This document shows positions 19,436-29,230 of a stretch of DNA of 64,000 nt, piece by piece (position 1 is the first letter of the stretch; the number at the start of each line of letters is the position of its first letter). This DNA is from Pyrodictiaceae archaeon (GTDB taxonomy: Archaea > Thermoproteota > Thermoprotei_A > Sulfolobales > Pyrodictiaceae). Position numbers and translations under genes: made by a program. Where the stretch lies: contig JALVSY010000007.1 in the NCBI GenBank assembly GCA_027036135.1, positions 676,880 through 740,879 on the forward strand, written 5' to 3'. The notes beneath the pieces were generated by a model that saw nothing but the letters and a program-made list of their open reading frames with translations, made no database searches and was not told the DNA's origin.

Positions 19436-20194
19436 CTAGAGGCCTAGGAGCACCCGTGCCTTGTTCTCCAAGATCCAGCCACGACTAGGCCCCGCGTAAT
19501 AGACAAGGCCCTCGCTGCGCAAGAGGCGGAACAAGACACCATAGCGCCCAAGAGCAGCCTCCGCCTCGTACTCGTCGCTAGCCTTCAGGCTCCTAAGCTT
19601 CTCCCCGAACTCCCTGACAGCTTCACGAGTAGCTATTACTCTGCGACCAGCCAGGCTAGCAACAACGTAGCCACGGGCCTCTAGCACCCCGGTGTCAACT
19701 TCTTGGCGAAGCTCCGGCGGAAGCTCCTCGAGAAGAACCAGGCCCCCCTTCTCCCGGAGCCTCTCAGCCAGCAATCGGAGCCACTTGGGCTCCCTCCTCT
19801 CCTGGCCCTGCTCTCTACTAACAGCCACAGCCGCCGCGATAGCCCGGGCAAGCTCCTCTATATCGCGCCGCGATAACCCGGAGCTACGCTGCGCTAAGTC
19901 GCGGATCTCTCGACGGAGCCCTGCAAGCTCCTCTTCGAGCCGGCGAAGACTCTCCTCGATGCGCTCAAGCCTAGCAACAAGGGAGCCAAGCTCCTGGGCC
20001 CCGGTACCTCCCTGCGCCCTACTAACCGCCTCCGCGACTGCCTCTTCGGCAACCCTGCGAATAACCTCGTCGAGGCTAACAGTGCCGCCACGAACCATGC
20101 CGCTAAGCTGGCGAAGATACTCGTCAAGCCTCTTACTACCCCTGGGCACAGCTAACCAGCCACCCTCCCCACAAACCCAGACTATGAGGGACAA
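19436..20194 (-). CDS. Hypothetical coiled-coil protein, possible C-terminal winged helix
   Basis: Heptad-rich LERIEESLRRLEEELAGLRREI; start uncertain. Confidence 0.6.
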   Translation of the reverse strand: MSLIVWVCGEGGWLAVPRGSKRLDEYLRQLSGMVRGGTVSLDEVIRRVAEEAVAEAVSRAQGGTGAQELGSLVARLERIEESLRRLEEELAGLRREIRDLAQRSSGLSRRDIEELARAIAAAVAVSREQGQERREPKWLRLLAERLREKGGLVLLEELPPELRQEVDTGVLEARGYVVASLAGRRVIATREAVREFGEKLRSLKASDEYEAEAALGRYGVLFRLLRSEGLVYYAGPSRGWILENKARVLLGL

Positions 20195-20307
20195 GGTAAT
20201 CCTATATATGGAGACACGATGCCTTCCTATAACTACTCCGTGACTGAACCTTAATCCTCAAAAAGACCTCTAGCTAGATGATGTATGCTCTCCCGGTGTG
20301 CTATGGG

Positions 20308-21003
20308 ATGCGTAAGGGGCTTCGCATCGTACTTATTGATCTCGGGGGTACGCTTATGGTTGAGGAGGAGAGCAGCGAGGAGCTTAGCAAGGGGATTGCC
20401 GAGGAGCTGGGGCTCAGGCCCGCGCCTAGTTATAGTAGGGTTTATCGTGGCTATGGGCTTCGCTTCGCCTCTCTCTGCGAGGCTAGCTTGGAGGCTGTTG
20501 CCTACTACTATGCTGCGCGCAGCAACGAGGGCAGAGTTGATCCCAGGCAGGCTAGAAGGGTCTATGAGGACTTGGTGGAGGCGCTGGCTAGGAGTCTCCG
20601 CCCACTGCCTGGGGCGAGGGAGGCTCTTCGCGAGCTGAGCGGGCTTGTTGACCGCATCGTCGTGGTCTCTAATGCTTCCTCGCAGGAGGCTGTTGAGGAG
20701 GCTCTTAGGATGCAGGGCTTCATGGAGTACGTGGACGCAGTGGTTACTAGTAGGCTTGTCGGCGTCCGTAAGCCTGATCCAAGGATATTCCTCTACGCGC
20801 TAGGCCTCGTGGGTGCTAGGCCAGATGAAGCTGTCCACATAGGCGACCGGGGCTACGAGGACGTATTCGGCGCGAAAAACCTAGGTATAAGAGCAATCCA
20901 CATAGCCCGGGATGAGCCACCATCACCTATAGCGGATGCCGTGATAGCCTCAGTAGAGGAGGCCCCGGAGGCTGTTACCAGGCTAGTGGGGGAAAAGGAG
21001 TGA
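20308..21003 (+). CDS. HAD-superfamily hydrolase (subfamily IA)
   Basis: DLGGTL, VSN, KPDPRIF, HIGDRGYED. Confidence 0.88.
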   Translation: MRKGLRIVLIDLGGTLMVEEESSEELSKGIAEELGLRPAPSYSRVYRGYGLRFASLCEASLEAVAYYYAARSNEGRVDPRQARRVYEDLVEALARSLRPLPGAREALRELSGLVDRIVVVSNASSQEAVEEALRMQGFMEYVDAVVTSRLVGVRKPDPRIFLYALGLVGARPDEAVHIGDRGYEDVFGAKNLGIRAIHIARDEPPSPIADAVIASVEEAPEAVTRLVGEKE

Positions 21004-21026
21004 TTAGCAGGCCCAAAGGAAGTATT

Positions 21027-21106
21027 CTCGCGTGGAGGGGCTGCGCCAGCGACGGGGCCGAGGAATGGCCCGCTACTAGGGATGAGCTGGCGCGTCCCAC
21101 CCCGAG
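21027..21106 (+). ncRNA. Candidate structured RNA with K-turn
   Basis: Stem GCGCCAGC 21043-50/GCTGGCGC 21086-93 closed by GA...GATGA; outer CTCG/CGAG; between convergent genes; strand inferred. Confidence 0.35.
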
Positions 21107-21130
21107 CCTCTGAAGCCTTCTCGTGAGTGC

Positions 21131-22603
21131 TTACTCGTAGCCAGCTATTGTTACCCTGTATAGTTGCTTCCATGCAGCCACTCTGCTATTGACCCATTCC
21201 TGCACCTCGTGGGCGCTTACCCTGCTTCTCCGCCTCAGCCATATCCTCGCTACTGGGGCTTCTCCCAGATCGCCTAGGTCCACCGAGCCTAGCTCCACGC
21301 GGGCTACGTCGGGGTGGCTGAATAGTAGTTCCTCTAGGTCGCCGAGTAGCACTGGGTACGCCTTGTACTTGACCATTGGCTTTACTATACGGACGAAATA
21401 GTAGTGGCCCTGCTCGCTCAGCCTTATGATGTCCCCGGTTCGTAGCCACCCGGAGAGGAAGGCCTCGTTATTGGCCTCTGGGTCGCCGTAGCGCTTCATT
21501 ACCACGGGGCCACGCACTAGTAGCTCTCCCTCGGGGTATCCTGTTAGCCTCGCCTCTATACCCGGCAACGGCCTCCCCAATGAGCCCGGGGGGTCTCCCG
21601 GCTTACTAGCTATCAGTGGGAGCGCCTCCGTCATACCATACATCTGCAACAGCTCTGTGCCAGTCTTCCGTTTCCACTCCTCCTGTAGCTCTGGGCTGAG
21701 CGGGGCACCAGCGCTAACAGCAGCTACTAGTTCCCTGTGCCCACGGTAACCGGCTTTTAGGAGAGCCTTGTAGTACAGGGGGACGCCGAAGACTATGCTG
21801 GCCTTGCTCTCTGCGAGGCTCCTGGCCGCCTCGCTGGGGTCTAGTGGCCCCTTCTTGGTATAGAGTACTAGCTCTGAGCAGGTAGCTGTGGGCGAGAAAG
21901 CTCCGACGTGGAGCCCGAGCCCATGGCTTATCGGTACGGGGACGTAGATGCGCCAACCCGGCTCGTAGCCGTAGTGGCGAGCTATTAGCCACGCAGAGGA
22001 GGCCAGCGAGGCACCCGTGTGGATCACGGGGAGGGTTCTACCAGCTATGCCAGCGTAGAAGTAGGCCAGTATCTCGTCCCAGGGCCTAGGCCTCTCATAG
22101 TCCTCTCCAGGACTGCTCCCCGTGCTAGAGTAGAGCTTCTCCGCTACGAGGCACCCCGTGCCAAGCCTTCTGGCTATAGCGCAGTGGTTCTCAGCGAACC
22201 CGGAATGTGTTACGAGGAGCCCTGCTCCTACCTGGCCTAGCTGCTTCTCGAGGTCCCATGGCCCCGATAACGGGTCTATTATCGCTACCCGCTTCCCCGC
22301 GAGCCAAGCCGCGTAGATGGCCACGAGACCCGGGACAGAGTTTATCGGTGCAACCGCGACTGTGTCGCCACGGGCCCTGGTGCCAATGACACGGGAGACA
22401 CCTATAGCTTTCCCGAGGAATTCTTGGTAGCTGAGGCTCCGCGACTCAGTATCCCGTACAAAGACCCGGGTAGGATGGCTCGTGGCACAGCCTAGGAGCA
22501 TGTCTAGCGGGGTCCCGGGATACCAAGCACTACTCGCCAAGTACTGCTTCCCGATTAGTACTGTCACGTCCCTGGCTGGGCGGCAATAAACCCCGAGGGC
22601 CAC
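21131..22603 (-). CDS. ANL-family acyl-CoA synthetase-like protein with atypical P-loop
   Basis: SAGAPL, YGMTE, GELLVRGP, WLRTGD; P-loop reads YAGIAGRT. Confidence 0.82.
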   Translation of the reverse strand: MALGVYCRPARDVTVLIGKQYLASSAWYPGTPLDMLLGCATSHPTRVFVRDTESRSLSYQEFLGKAIGVSRVIGTRARGDTVAVAPINSVPGLVAIYAAWLAGKRVAIIDPLSGPWDLEKQLGQVGAGLLVTHSGFAENHCAIARRLGTGCLVAEKLYSSTGSSPGEDYERPRPWDEILAYFYAGIAGRTLPVIHTGASLASSAWLIARHYGYEPGWRIYVPVPISHGLGLHVGAFSPTATCSELVLYTKKGPLDPSEAARSLAESKASIVFGVPLYYKALLKAGYRGHRELVAAVSAGAPLSPELQEEWKRKTGTELLQMYGMTEALPLIASKPGDPPGSLGRPLPGIEARLTGYPEGELLVRGPVVMKRYGDPEANNEAFLSGWLRTGDIIRLSEQGHYYFVRIVKPMVKYKAYPVLLGDLEELLFSHPDVARVELGSVDLGDLGEAPVARIWLRRRSRVSAHEVQEWVNSRVAAWKQLYRVTIAGYE

Positions 22604-22718
22604 TAGCTACGCGCACCCATAGGAAACGAGTCCGGGGAGCCATGACGCCCTGCAAGAGCTAATAAGGGGAACGGGGACAGGTACTCCCCTCGAGAAGAGG
22701 GGCAAGGGAAGCATAGAC

Positions 22719-23372
22719 ATGGGCGAGGTACTCGCCGCGACCCCTACGCTGCCGAGGCTAATCCCCTACGCTGCTGCCGGGGACCTGGCCTACGGCGGTA
22801 AGCTCCACGGCCTACTAGCTGGCAGCCTCTACGCCGGGACACTAGAAGCGCCCGGGACCTGCGTATCGCTGTGCACAGAGTACAGGCTACCAGCAAGGTG
22901 CCGGGGCGCTGGCCGCGCCGAGCTCTACTACGTCGAGCCCCAATTGCTCCATGTGCTTGACCAGCGACTAGGCGGCCTAGGAGCCGAGCGGAGGACCATA
23001 ATCCTCCGACACGGCGAGCTAGTAATCCACGCCGAAGCCTACCTAGCCACAGGCTGCCGCATAGTAAACAACAATGATAACTGGGTGAGGCTACTCCTAG
23101 CCCTCCCACCACAAGCACCCCCACCCGCTACGCCAATGGCGGTCTACACAGCAGTCATAGAGGCCCTAGAGCCCTGCCAAGACCAGCAGGCATTCTGCAA
23201 AAACCCAGCAGCATCAACAGAGGCGGCGATAGCGGACATACTAGTATCAACAAGCATGCTCAACTCGTGGCTAGAAAGCCTAAACGCACAACTCCTACCA
23301 GCACCCGCGAGACTAAGCCCCAACAACCTAACAATCTACACACATGTACCCACAAGGAGAAAGGAACAATAG
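22719..23372 (+). CDS. Hypothetical protein, weak gamma-glutamylcyclotransferase-like N-domain
   Basis: GDLAYGGKLH..., ELYYVEPQLLHVLD pattern. Confidence 0.45.
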   Translation: MGEVLAATPTLPRLIPYAAAGDLAYGGKLHGLLAGSLYAGTLEAPGTCVSLCTEYRLPARCRGAGRAELYYVEPQLLHVLDQRLGGLGAERRTIILRHGELVIHAEAYLATGCRIVNNNDNWVRLLLALPPQAPPPATPMAVYTAVIEALEPCQDQQAFCKNPAASTEAAIADILVSTSMLNSWLESLNAQLLPAPARLSPNNLTIYTHVPTRRKEQ

Positions 23373-23490
23373 GTACCCAAGTACTGAGTCAACCTATTTA
23401 GTCCTGCTATCCAGTAGCGGCTGTTAATCGTTCATCGAGTCGCGAAGAGAACATTACATAGACTTAGTTCCCCGGTCATTACTAAGGCTG

Positions 23491-23937
23491 TTAAGGCATC
23501 ACCTTTAGCCATGGCACATGCTTAAAGTCATTATCAAAAGTCAAGATCACGTCTATACCGTAGTGTTTGCACGTTAATGCTATAATAGCATCGCTTGGCG
23601 GCAAGTTATAACGAGTCATTACTTCCAATAATTCCCGGGGATTGGCACGATCCGGGAGCACAACTATATCCAGGGCCTCGAGGAGCCTAACAAACCTCGC
23701 CAGCTCAGCTGACGCAAAGCCTACCCCGCTGGATCTAATATAGGAGCAAAGCCTAGCTATCTTTCGTATGCCAAGTCTCTTCTCGGCAAGCCTTCGAATA
23801 ATAACAAACATTACTTCATCCAAGACGCCCGTAGATGTTACAAGGTCACTATATTGTTTAAGCAATGTAGCCGCTTGCTCAGTATACTTGCTCCTAAACA
23901 TATAATAGTGGAACACATTTGCATCGACGAACTTCAT
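23491..23937 (-). CDS. vapC: VapC PIN-domain toxin
   Basis: FVDANVF, E, LPPSDAII, TFDNDF. Confidence 0.9.
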   Translation of the reverse strand: MKFVDANVFHYYMFRSKYTEQAATLLKQYSDLVTSTGVLDEVMFVIIRRLAEKRLGIRKIARLCSYIRSSGVGFASAELARFVRLLEALDIVVLPDRANPRELLEVMTRYNLPPSDAIIALTCKHYGIDVILTFDNDFKHVPWLKVMP

Positions 23938-23960
23938 GCAACAATCCCTTACTTGAGCCC

Positions 23961-24182
23961 CTAGAGTTTCTCTAACTCAGCTTCCTCAATAAGCTCCTCT
24001 AACTCATCCTCACTAATCTCTCCCAAGAATCCCTTAAACCTATCAACTATCCTCGCACGATCACTGGGCTTCTCAATCCTAATTAGCACCACCTCACCCT
24101 CCCTGAAATCAACTCTCTCCAACGGCTTTAGTACACCATTCTCGTATCTTACCCTTATAACCCTAGATACGGCCCTAGACAC
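23961..24182 (-). CDS. vapB: AF2212-like (DUF104) antitoxin
   Basis: IRVRYENGVLKPLE..EGEVV; upstream of vapC. Confidence 0.88.
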   Translation of the reverse strand: MSRAVSRVIRVRYENGVLKPLERVDFREGEVVLIRIEKPSDRARIVDRFKGFLGEISEDELEELIEEAELEKL

Positions 24183-24457
24183 GCCTCCTCTCCACCTGGT
24201 AACCGGGAGGCGAGTTTCCTCAAAGCTCTTGCCCATACATTACCAAATAGGATCTTGCAAGCTACCAATTATATATTCAATACGATGCCTATCTAGTCAT
24301 CTTATTAAGTCTAGTTAGTACACTCAATTAACTCGACGCATCTAACTAAGTCACTAATCTCGCTTAGTATGTATTATGGAGCTTCCATGTAGGCTACTTG
24401 TGGCCGGAAACAATGAATGTTTATGCCGGGATCCTATGATGGTTTTGTCGGCATCTT

Positions 24458-24931
24458 TTAGAGTTCGTCTAGCTCTTTAAGGAATTCTTCGAGTATGTTC
24501 CTTGATATCCAGAAACCGCTCTCTATGAGCCTGTCTATTATCGGCTTTGCCTTAGGGACTAACCCCTCGTACTTAGCTAATGCTATTACACCTAGTGTAC
24601 CCATTACCTGTAATCCTAGCCTCTTAGCTAAGTTCCTTGCATCACGGTCGTCAACGAGTAGCAAGTCTGCGCCACGCTCTAGTGCTAGAGCTATTGCCTC
24701 CGCTTCTCCCGTATCAATGAATTCCTCGAGAAGGGCTACTAGCCTCGTGTCTCCCACCTTCTTTAGAGATATGAATTTGGCTCTTACTATCTTCTCGTAG
24801 CCAGGCTTACCCTCAACAGTTATTTCCTTCCAGACAGCTTCCGGGACGAGGATTTCCCCGAAGAGCTTCTCCAAGAGATATAAGTAACATATCTTGGCTA
24901 ATGCGATTATAACACTTGAGTTAGAGACCAC
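24458..24931 (-). CDS. DUF3368 PIN-domain protein
   Basis: VSNSS, PEAVWKE, GEAEAIALA, DDRDAR, GTLGVI. Confidence 0.88.
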   Translation of the reverse strand: MVSNSSVIIALAKICYLYLLEKLFGEILVPEAVWKEITVEGKPGYEKIVRAKFISLKKVGDTRLVALLEEFIDTGEAEAIALALERGADLLLVDDRDARNLAKRLGLQVMGTLGVIALAKYEGLVPKAKPIIDRLIESGFWISRNILEEFLKELDEL

Positions 24932-24953
24932 GAGAACCCATTTCCTTGCCTCG

Positions 24954-25232
24954 TCACTTTCCTGGCTTCTTTGCAAGCTTCTTAGCAACCTCCAAGTCTT
25001 CCCTTAGCTCCTCTTCACCGTAGTGCAAAGGTATGCCCTCACTAGCTAACAGTTCTAGGAAATCCCATTTTGAAACCCCAGCTATCCTCCGAGCCTGACC
25101 CAGACTAGCTATACCCTTCTCATAAAGCCTCAACGCCAGCTCTATCCTAATCCTCTTCTCAAGCTCGCCAGGAGGAACCCTAAGGCTCTCCGGAACCTCA
25201 ATAACAACTCGCTTAACACTAGCCTTAGCCAC
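24954..25232 (-). CDS. UPF0175-family antitoxin
   Basis: LALRLYEKGIASLGQARRIAGVSKWDF. Confidence 0.88.
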   Translation of the reverse strand: MAKASVKRVVIEVPESLRVPPGELEKRIRIELALRLYEKGIASLGQARRIAGVSKWDFLELLASEGIPLHYGEEELREDLEVAKKLAKKPGK

Positions 25233-25636
25233 CTAAACCCCCTCTATCAAAAATACCTAATGGAAGATATTAATCCTAGCTATTCTAAGACGAGCCAGGC
25301 TTTTAACAATGCTAAAGCCCTAAAGCCAACTATCAAGTATATAGAATAACTGGTTATGAACCCCTTATTAGCCAACCTAGATCATTATCGGTTTTAGAGT
25401 GTCTCCTTTTAAGCCCCAAGGCTTCAAAACATCTCAGTCCTAACTAACTCGTCACCAGGCCCTTCAAGCCATTGTTAACCTATACAAGAGAACGTACCGC
25501 TCCCGTAGGTCACAGAACCATGCAAGAAGCCTTCTTGGACACAATAACCCAGCATGTAAACATGATACCAACATCCAAGGCTAAGCACATAACTAGCCAA
25601 TCCTATATTATCTTCACACAGTAACCTCACAAAGCC

Positions 25637-25909
25637 TTAGCCCTTGAGCATTGCTAGTACACGCTTCTTTCGCCCTTCTAGTTCCCTAAGCCTTTTCTTC
25701 AAATAGACGTACTCTGGCCAAAGCAAGTCAACTTCTGGATTATCAATACCTGTCTCTGTGAATAACTTCTCTAGTTCCTCCCAGTTGCTAGCACCAAGCC
25801 TCACAGCTATTCTCTGAAGCCTTGCCTCGACCAAGGCGATTTCCCTATTGATTTTCCTTAGCATAACCTCTAGGCTTTCACGAACAATAGGCTCCAAGCA
25901 GCACCCCAC
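25637..25909 (-). CDS. Small coiled-coil hypothetical protein, possibly TA-associated
   Basis: WEELEKL..D..WPEY pattern next to TA pairs; start uncertain. Confidence 0.5.
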   Translation of the reverse strand: MGCCLEPIVRESLEVMLRKINREIALVEARLQRIAVRLGASNWEELEKLFTETGIDNPEVDLLWPEYVYLKKRLRELEGRKKRVLAMLKG

Positions 25910-26210
25910 AGTATAGAACTGCTTAGACCGAGCTAATTAAGGGACAAAGATACTGGTTAAAAGCCAAGTCCAAGGCACTAACTATGGCACAGATTATAAA
26001 CGGAGCCGGAATAAATGGACAAGGAACGGCTATGGAACTCCTTTCTTTTCTAGGACGTAGCGTAGGTATATCGCGGCTACGGCTATAGCAATCATTGCTA
26101 GGATTACTCCTAGGATGGAGAGCTCCATGGGTAGGTCTACTCTGTAGGGTTTATGGCTCTGCGGAAGGCATAATGGTTTCTTCTCGACGGGTTTCGGGAC
26201 TTGGTAGGGT

Positions 26211-27299
26211 TTGTGTATGGGCTTAGAGGGTATTAGGCCCCGGGTTAGTGTCGAGCTTGTGGCTAGTAACGGTGTTGTTGTACTTGATGAGGTTAGTGGT
26301 AAGCTTCTCTTGCTTATTGAGCGGTGCGGCTCTATTCTTTGTGCTGCTCGTAGCCTAGGTATTGCTTATTCCCGTGCATGGGACCGGATTAGTAGGGCTG
26401 AGAGGCTGCTTGATGCGAGGATTGTTGAGGCTCGGAGGGGTGGTAGGGGTGGCGGCGGTGCAAGGCTCACCGAGGCGGGCCGCGAGTTGTTGATGCTTTT
26501 CCTTGAGGCTTATCGCAGGGTTCACGGCGCTGACCCGGTCGTTGATATTGCTCCTGGCCGCGGAATGGATGCAGGGTTTTTGCTATATGCTGGTAGTAAT
26601 GATCCGTTGCTGCAACGTGTTATCGGTGTTCTCCGCGAGGAAGGTATACTCATCGAGGCTCACTGGATTGGCTCCCTTAATGGCCTTGCCTCTGTATTGC
26701 TCGGGGAAGCCGATATTGCTGGTATTCACCTCGTTGATAGGGAGACTGGTGAGTATAATGTCCATGTTGTTGGGGCCCTGGCTAGGAGTACTGATATAGT
26801 GCTTGTTAGGGGTTATAGGAGGCTCCAGGGCTTCGTTACTCGTCGCCCAATGAGCCTAGAGGAGATTGTTGAGGGTCTTCTGCGCAGCAGGCTCCGCCTA
26901 GTTAACCGCGAGGAGGGTACTGGTAGCCGTGTCCTCCTCGAGCACGTCCTAAGCGAGTGGGCCGGGAGGCTGGGGATTAGTGGAGAGCTATCCAGGATTG
27001 TGAAGGGATGGAACAATGTCGCTAAGACACATGTCGAGGTTGCTGAGCGCGTAGCGAGGGGAGAGGCAGACGTAGGGCTTGCGGTTAAGGCTGCTGCTAG
27101 TCTCTACGGTCTCGAGTTCACCCCAGTCACGTGGGAGAGCTTCGACTTCGTTGCAAGGAGGCAAAGCCTCTCAAAGAAGCCGCTACGGGAGTTCATCGAG
27201 TATCTCTGTAGCGAGGAGTTCCGGGAGCTTCTGGAGAGCATTCCTGGGTACGAGTATTGCAACGAAACATGCAGAGTCATACAAGGTGCAGATAAATGA
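26211..27299 (+). CDS. ModE-type HTH regulator fused to molybdate/tungstate-binding PBP domain
   Basis: GSILCAARSLGIAYSRAW, RGGRGGGGARLT; GSND, GSLNGL, NREEGTGSR. Confidence 0.88.
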   Translation: MCMGLEGIRPRVSVELVASNGVVVLDEVSGKLLLLIERCGSILCAARSLGIAYSRAWDRISRAERLLDARIVEARRGGRGGGGARLTEAGRELLMLFLEAYRRVHGADPVVDIAPGRGMDAGFLLYAGSNDPLLQRVIGVLREEGILIEAHWIGSLNGLASVLLGEADIAGIHLVDRETGEYNVHVVGALARSTDIVLVRGYRRLQGFVTRRPMSLEEIVEGLLRSRLRLVNREEGTGSRVLLEHVLSEWAGRLGISGELSRIVKGWNNVAKTHVEVAERVARGEADVGLAVKAAASLYGLEFTPVTWESFDFVARRQSLSKKPLREFIEYLCSEEFRELLESIPGYEYCNETCRVIQGADK

Positions 27300-27327
27300 C
27301 TACTAGTAGTTGACATCACTGAACTGA

Positions 27328-27343
27328 TATCCGGTACCGGATA
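27328..27343. promoter_or_regulatory. Perfect 16-bp palindrome TATCCGGTACCGGATA, candidate operator
   Basis: Directly upstream of TATA-like CTTAAAA of wtpA. Confidence 0.6.
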
Positions 27344-27387
27344 ACGCTTAAAATATCGTCTTGTAATACTTTACACCGGCGATATAG

Positions 27388-28461
27388 ATGAACAAGATCG
27401 TATACATCGCCCTCGGGATTATTCTCATAGCCCTCTTGGTAACTGGGCTACATACATACCTAGGTCATTCCCAAAGCAACAAAGAGAAAACAACTACTAT
27501 AACGGTTTGCAATGCCGGCTCCCTAACTATACCATTACAAGAGCTTGCAAAGAATTTTGAAAATAAGTATGGAATAAGAGTACTGATAGAGCCTAGTGGC
27601 AGCGTCGAAGCAGTTAGGAAGGTGACAGATTTCGGCATAAATTGCGATGTTGTAGCGGTCTCTGATTATAGGCTCATACCACGCTTCATGGTTCCTAAGT
27701 ATGCTAAATGGTATATAGCTTTTGCAAGTAACAGCATAGTAGTGGCTTACACGAGCCATTCAAAATACGCAGACGTTATTTCTAGACTAAAAAACCCTCT
27801 TGCTATATTTAGCATACTATCCAAAACTACTAGTATAAGATATGGCTTTTCGAATCCCAACATGGATCCATGTGGCTACAGGGCGGTTGGTGTAATAGGT
27901 CTCGCTTCTCTCTTATTACACAACATCAGTATATTGAAAGACCTCGTCATAGACAAGATCCCCGGATCGAGCTATAAGATAATCAACGGTACCCTTCATA
28001 TATATATACCAGCCAACATAGAGCCACAAGGAAACCTCGTTATGAGGCCAAAGGAGGTTGACCTTGTCTCATTGCTTGAGAGCGGGGCAGTTGATTATGC
28101 CTTCGAATACCAGAGTATTGCTATACAACACGGGTTAAGGTACATAAAGCTACCTCCTGCAATAAATCTTGCAGACCCAGATATGGCGTCGGAGTACTCC
28201 AAGGTTATAGTCCACATACTTGTTGGCACAAACGATGAGAAAGCTATAAGAATGGCCCCAATAATATACGGAGTTACCGTTCCTCTTAACGCTAAACACA
28301 GAGTAGCTGCCCTACTTTTCGTTAAATACTTGTTAGAGTACGGCAGAGAGGTGTTTAGCAAGAATGGGCAACCCTTCCTCCTCAATCCAATAGGCTACGG
28401 AAAAGTACCGGAGGAGCTAAGGGGACTTGTCAAGCCTGCAAAGGAGTCTACGAAGAGCTGA
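27388..28461 (+). CDS. wtpA: Tungstate/molybdate ABC substrate-binding protein
   Basis: AGSL, GSVEAVRK, SNPNMDPCGYR, RPKEVDL, FEYQS, PIIYGVT. Confidence 0.92.
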   Translation: MNKIVYIALGIILIALLVTGLHTYLGHSQSNKEKTTTITVCNAGSLTIPLQELAKNFENKYGIRVLIEPSGSVEAVRKVTDFGINCDVVAVSDYRLIPRFMVPKYAKWYIAFASNSIVVAYTSHSKYADVISRLKNPLAIFSILSKTTSIRYGFSNPNMDPCGYRAVGVIGLASLLLHNISILKDLVIDKIPGSSYKIINGTLHIYIPANIEPQGNLVMRPKEVDLVSLLESGAVDYAFEYQSIAIQHGLRYIKLPPAINLADPDMASEYSKVIVHILVGTNDEKAIRMAPIIYGVTVPLNAKHRVAALLFVKYLLEYGREVFSKNGQPFLLNPIGYGKVPEELRGLVKPAKESTKS

Positions 28462-29230
28462 GCCGTCTCTTATCTCTCTCTATGCTATATCGTCTTTTCT
28501 TATCTTATTTCTAGTCCTACCACTTATTTCCCTCTATATGATGTTTAGCCCAAGGGTTGCTGAGAAAATCTTCTCCTCACCTGAAATGACAAAGCAGGTT
28601 AGGGATGCATTCATAACATCTATCACAGCATCCCTAATAGCTGTCGCTATACTGACACTCCTAGGCGTCCCACTTGCCTATATTCTTGCACGCCACGATT
28701 TCCGAGGCAAGGGCCTCATAGAGACCATCATAGATGTACCGTTCGTAATGCCCCATGCTGTAGCCGGAATAATGATATTAGCAGCTTATAGTCATAGGGG
28801 CGTGTTTGGCTCACTTACATCCTCTATCGGGCTACGGATACAAGACGCTTTTGCCGGGATAGTCGCCGTCATGATATTTGTCTCGGCACCTATTCTCGTG
28901 GATACCGTCAAGGCAGGCATAGCTTCTATTGACCCAATGCTGGAGGCTGTAGCAAGATCTCTTGGAGCTAGCCCTTTACGGGCATTTATAGACATTATTG
29001 TCCCCATGACGTTACGCCACATAATAGCTGGTATTATTCTAGCATGGGCTAGGGCGTTAAGCGAGGTCGGTGCGCTACTCATAGTAGCATATTATCCTAT
29101 GACCATAAACATCCTTATAATAGAGTATATGAATATCTATGGACTTAGCTATGCCGTAGTATTATCAGTACTCTTTGCCTCGCTCGCCATAGCGTTATTC
29201 GCCTCCCTCCGAGCGGTGATAAAGAAATGA
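28427..29230 (+). CDS. wtpB: Tungstate ABC permease
   Basis: DVPFVMPHAVAG, EAVARSLGA, WARALSEVGA. Confidence 0.9.
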   Translation: MSSLQRSLRRAEPSLISLYAISSFLILFLVLPLISLYMMFSPRVAEKIFSSPEMTKQVRDAFITSITASLIAVAILTLLGVPLAYILARHDFRGKGLIETIIDVPFVMPHAVAGIMILAAYSHRGVFGSLTSSIGLRIQDAFAGIVAVMIFVSAPILVDTVKAGIASIDPMLEAVARSLGASPLRAFIDIIVPMTLRHIIAGIILAWARALSEVGALLIVAYYPMTINILIIEYMNIYGLSYAVVLSVLFASLAIALFASLRAVIKK

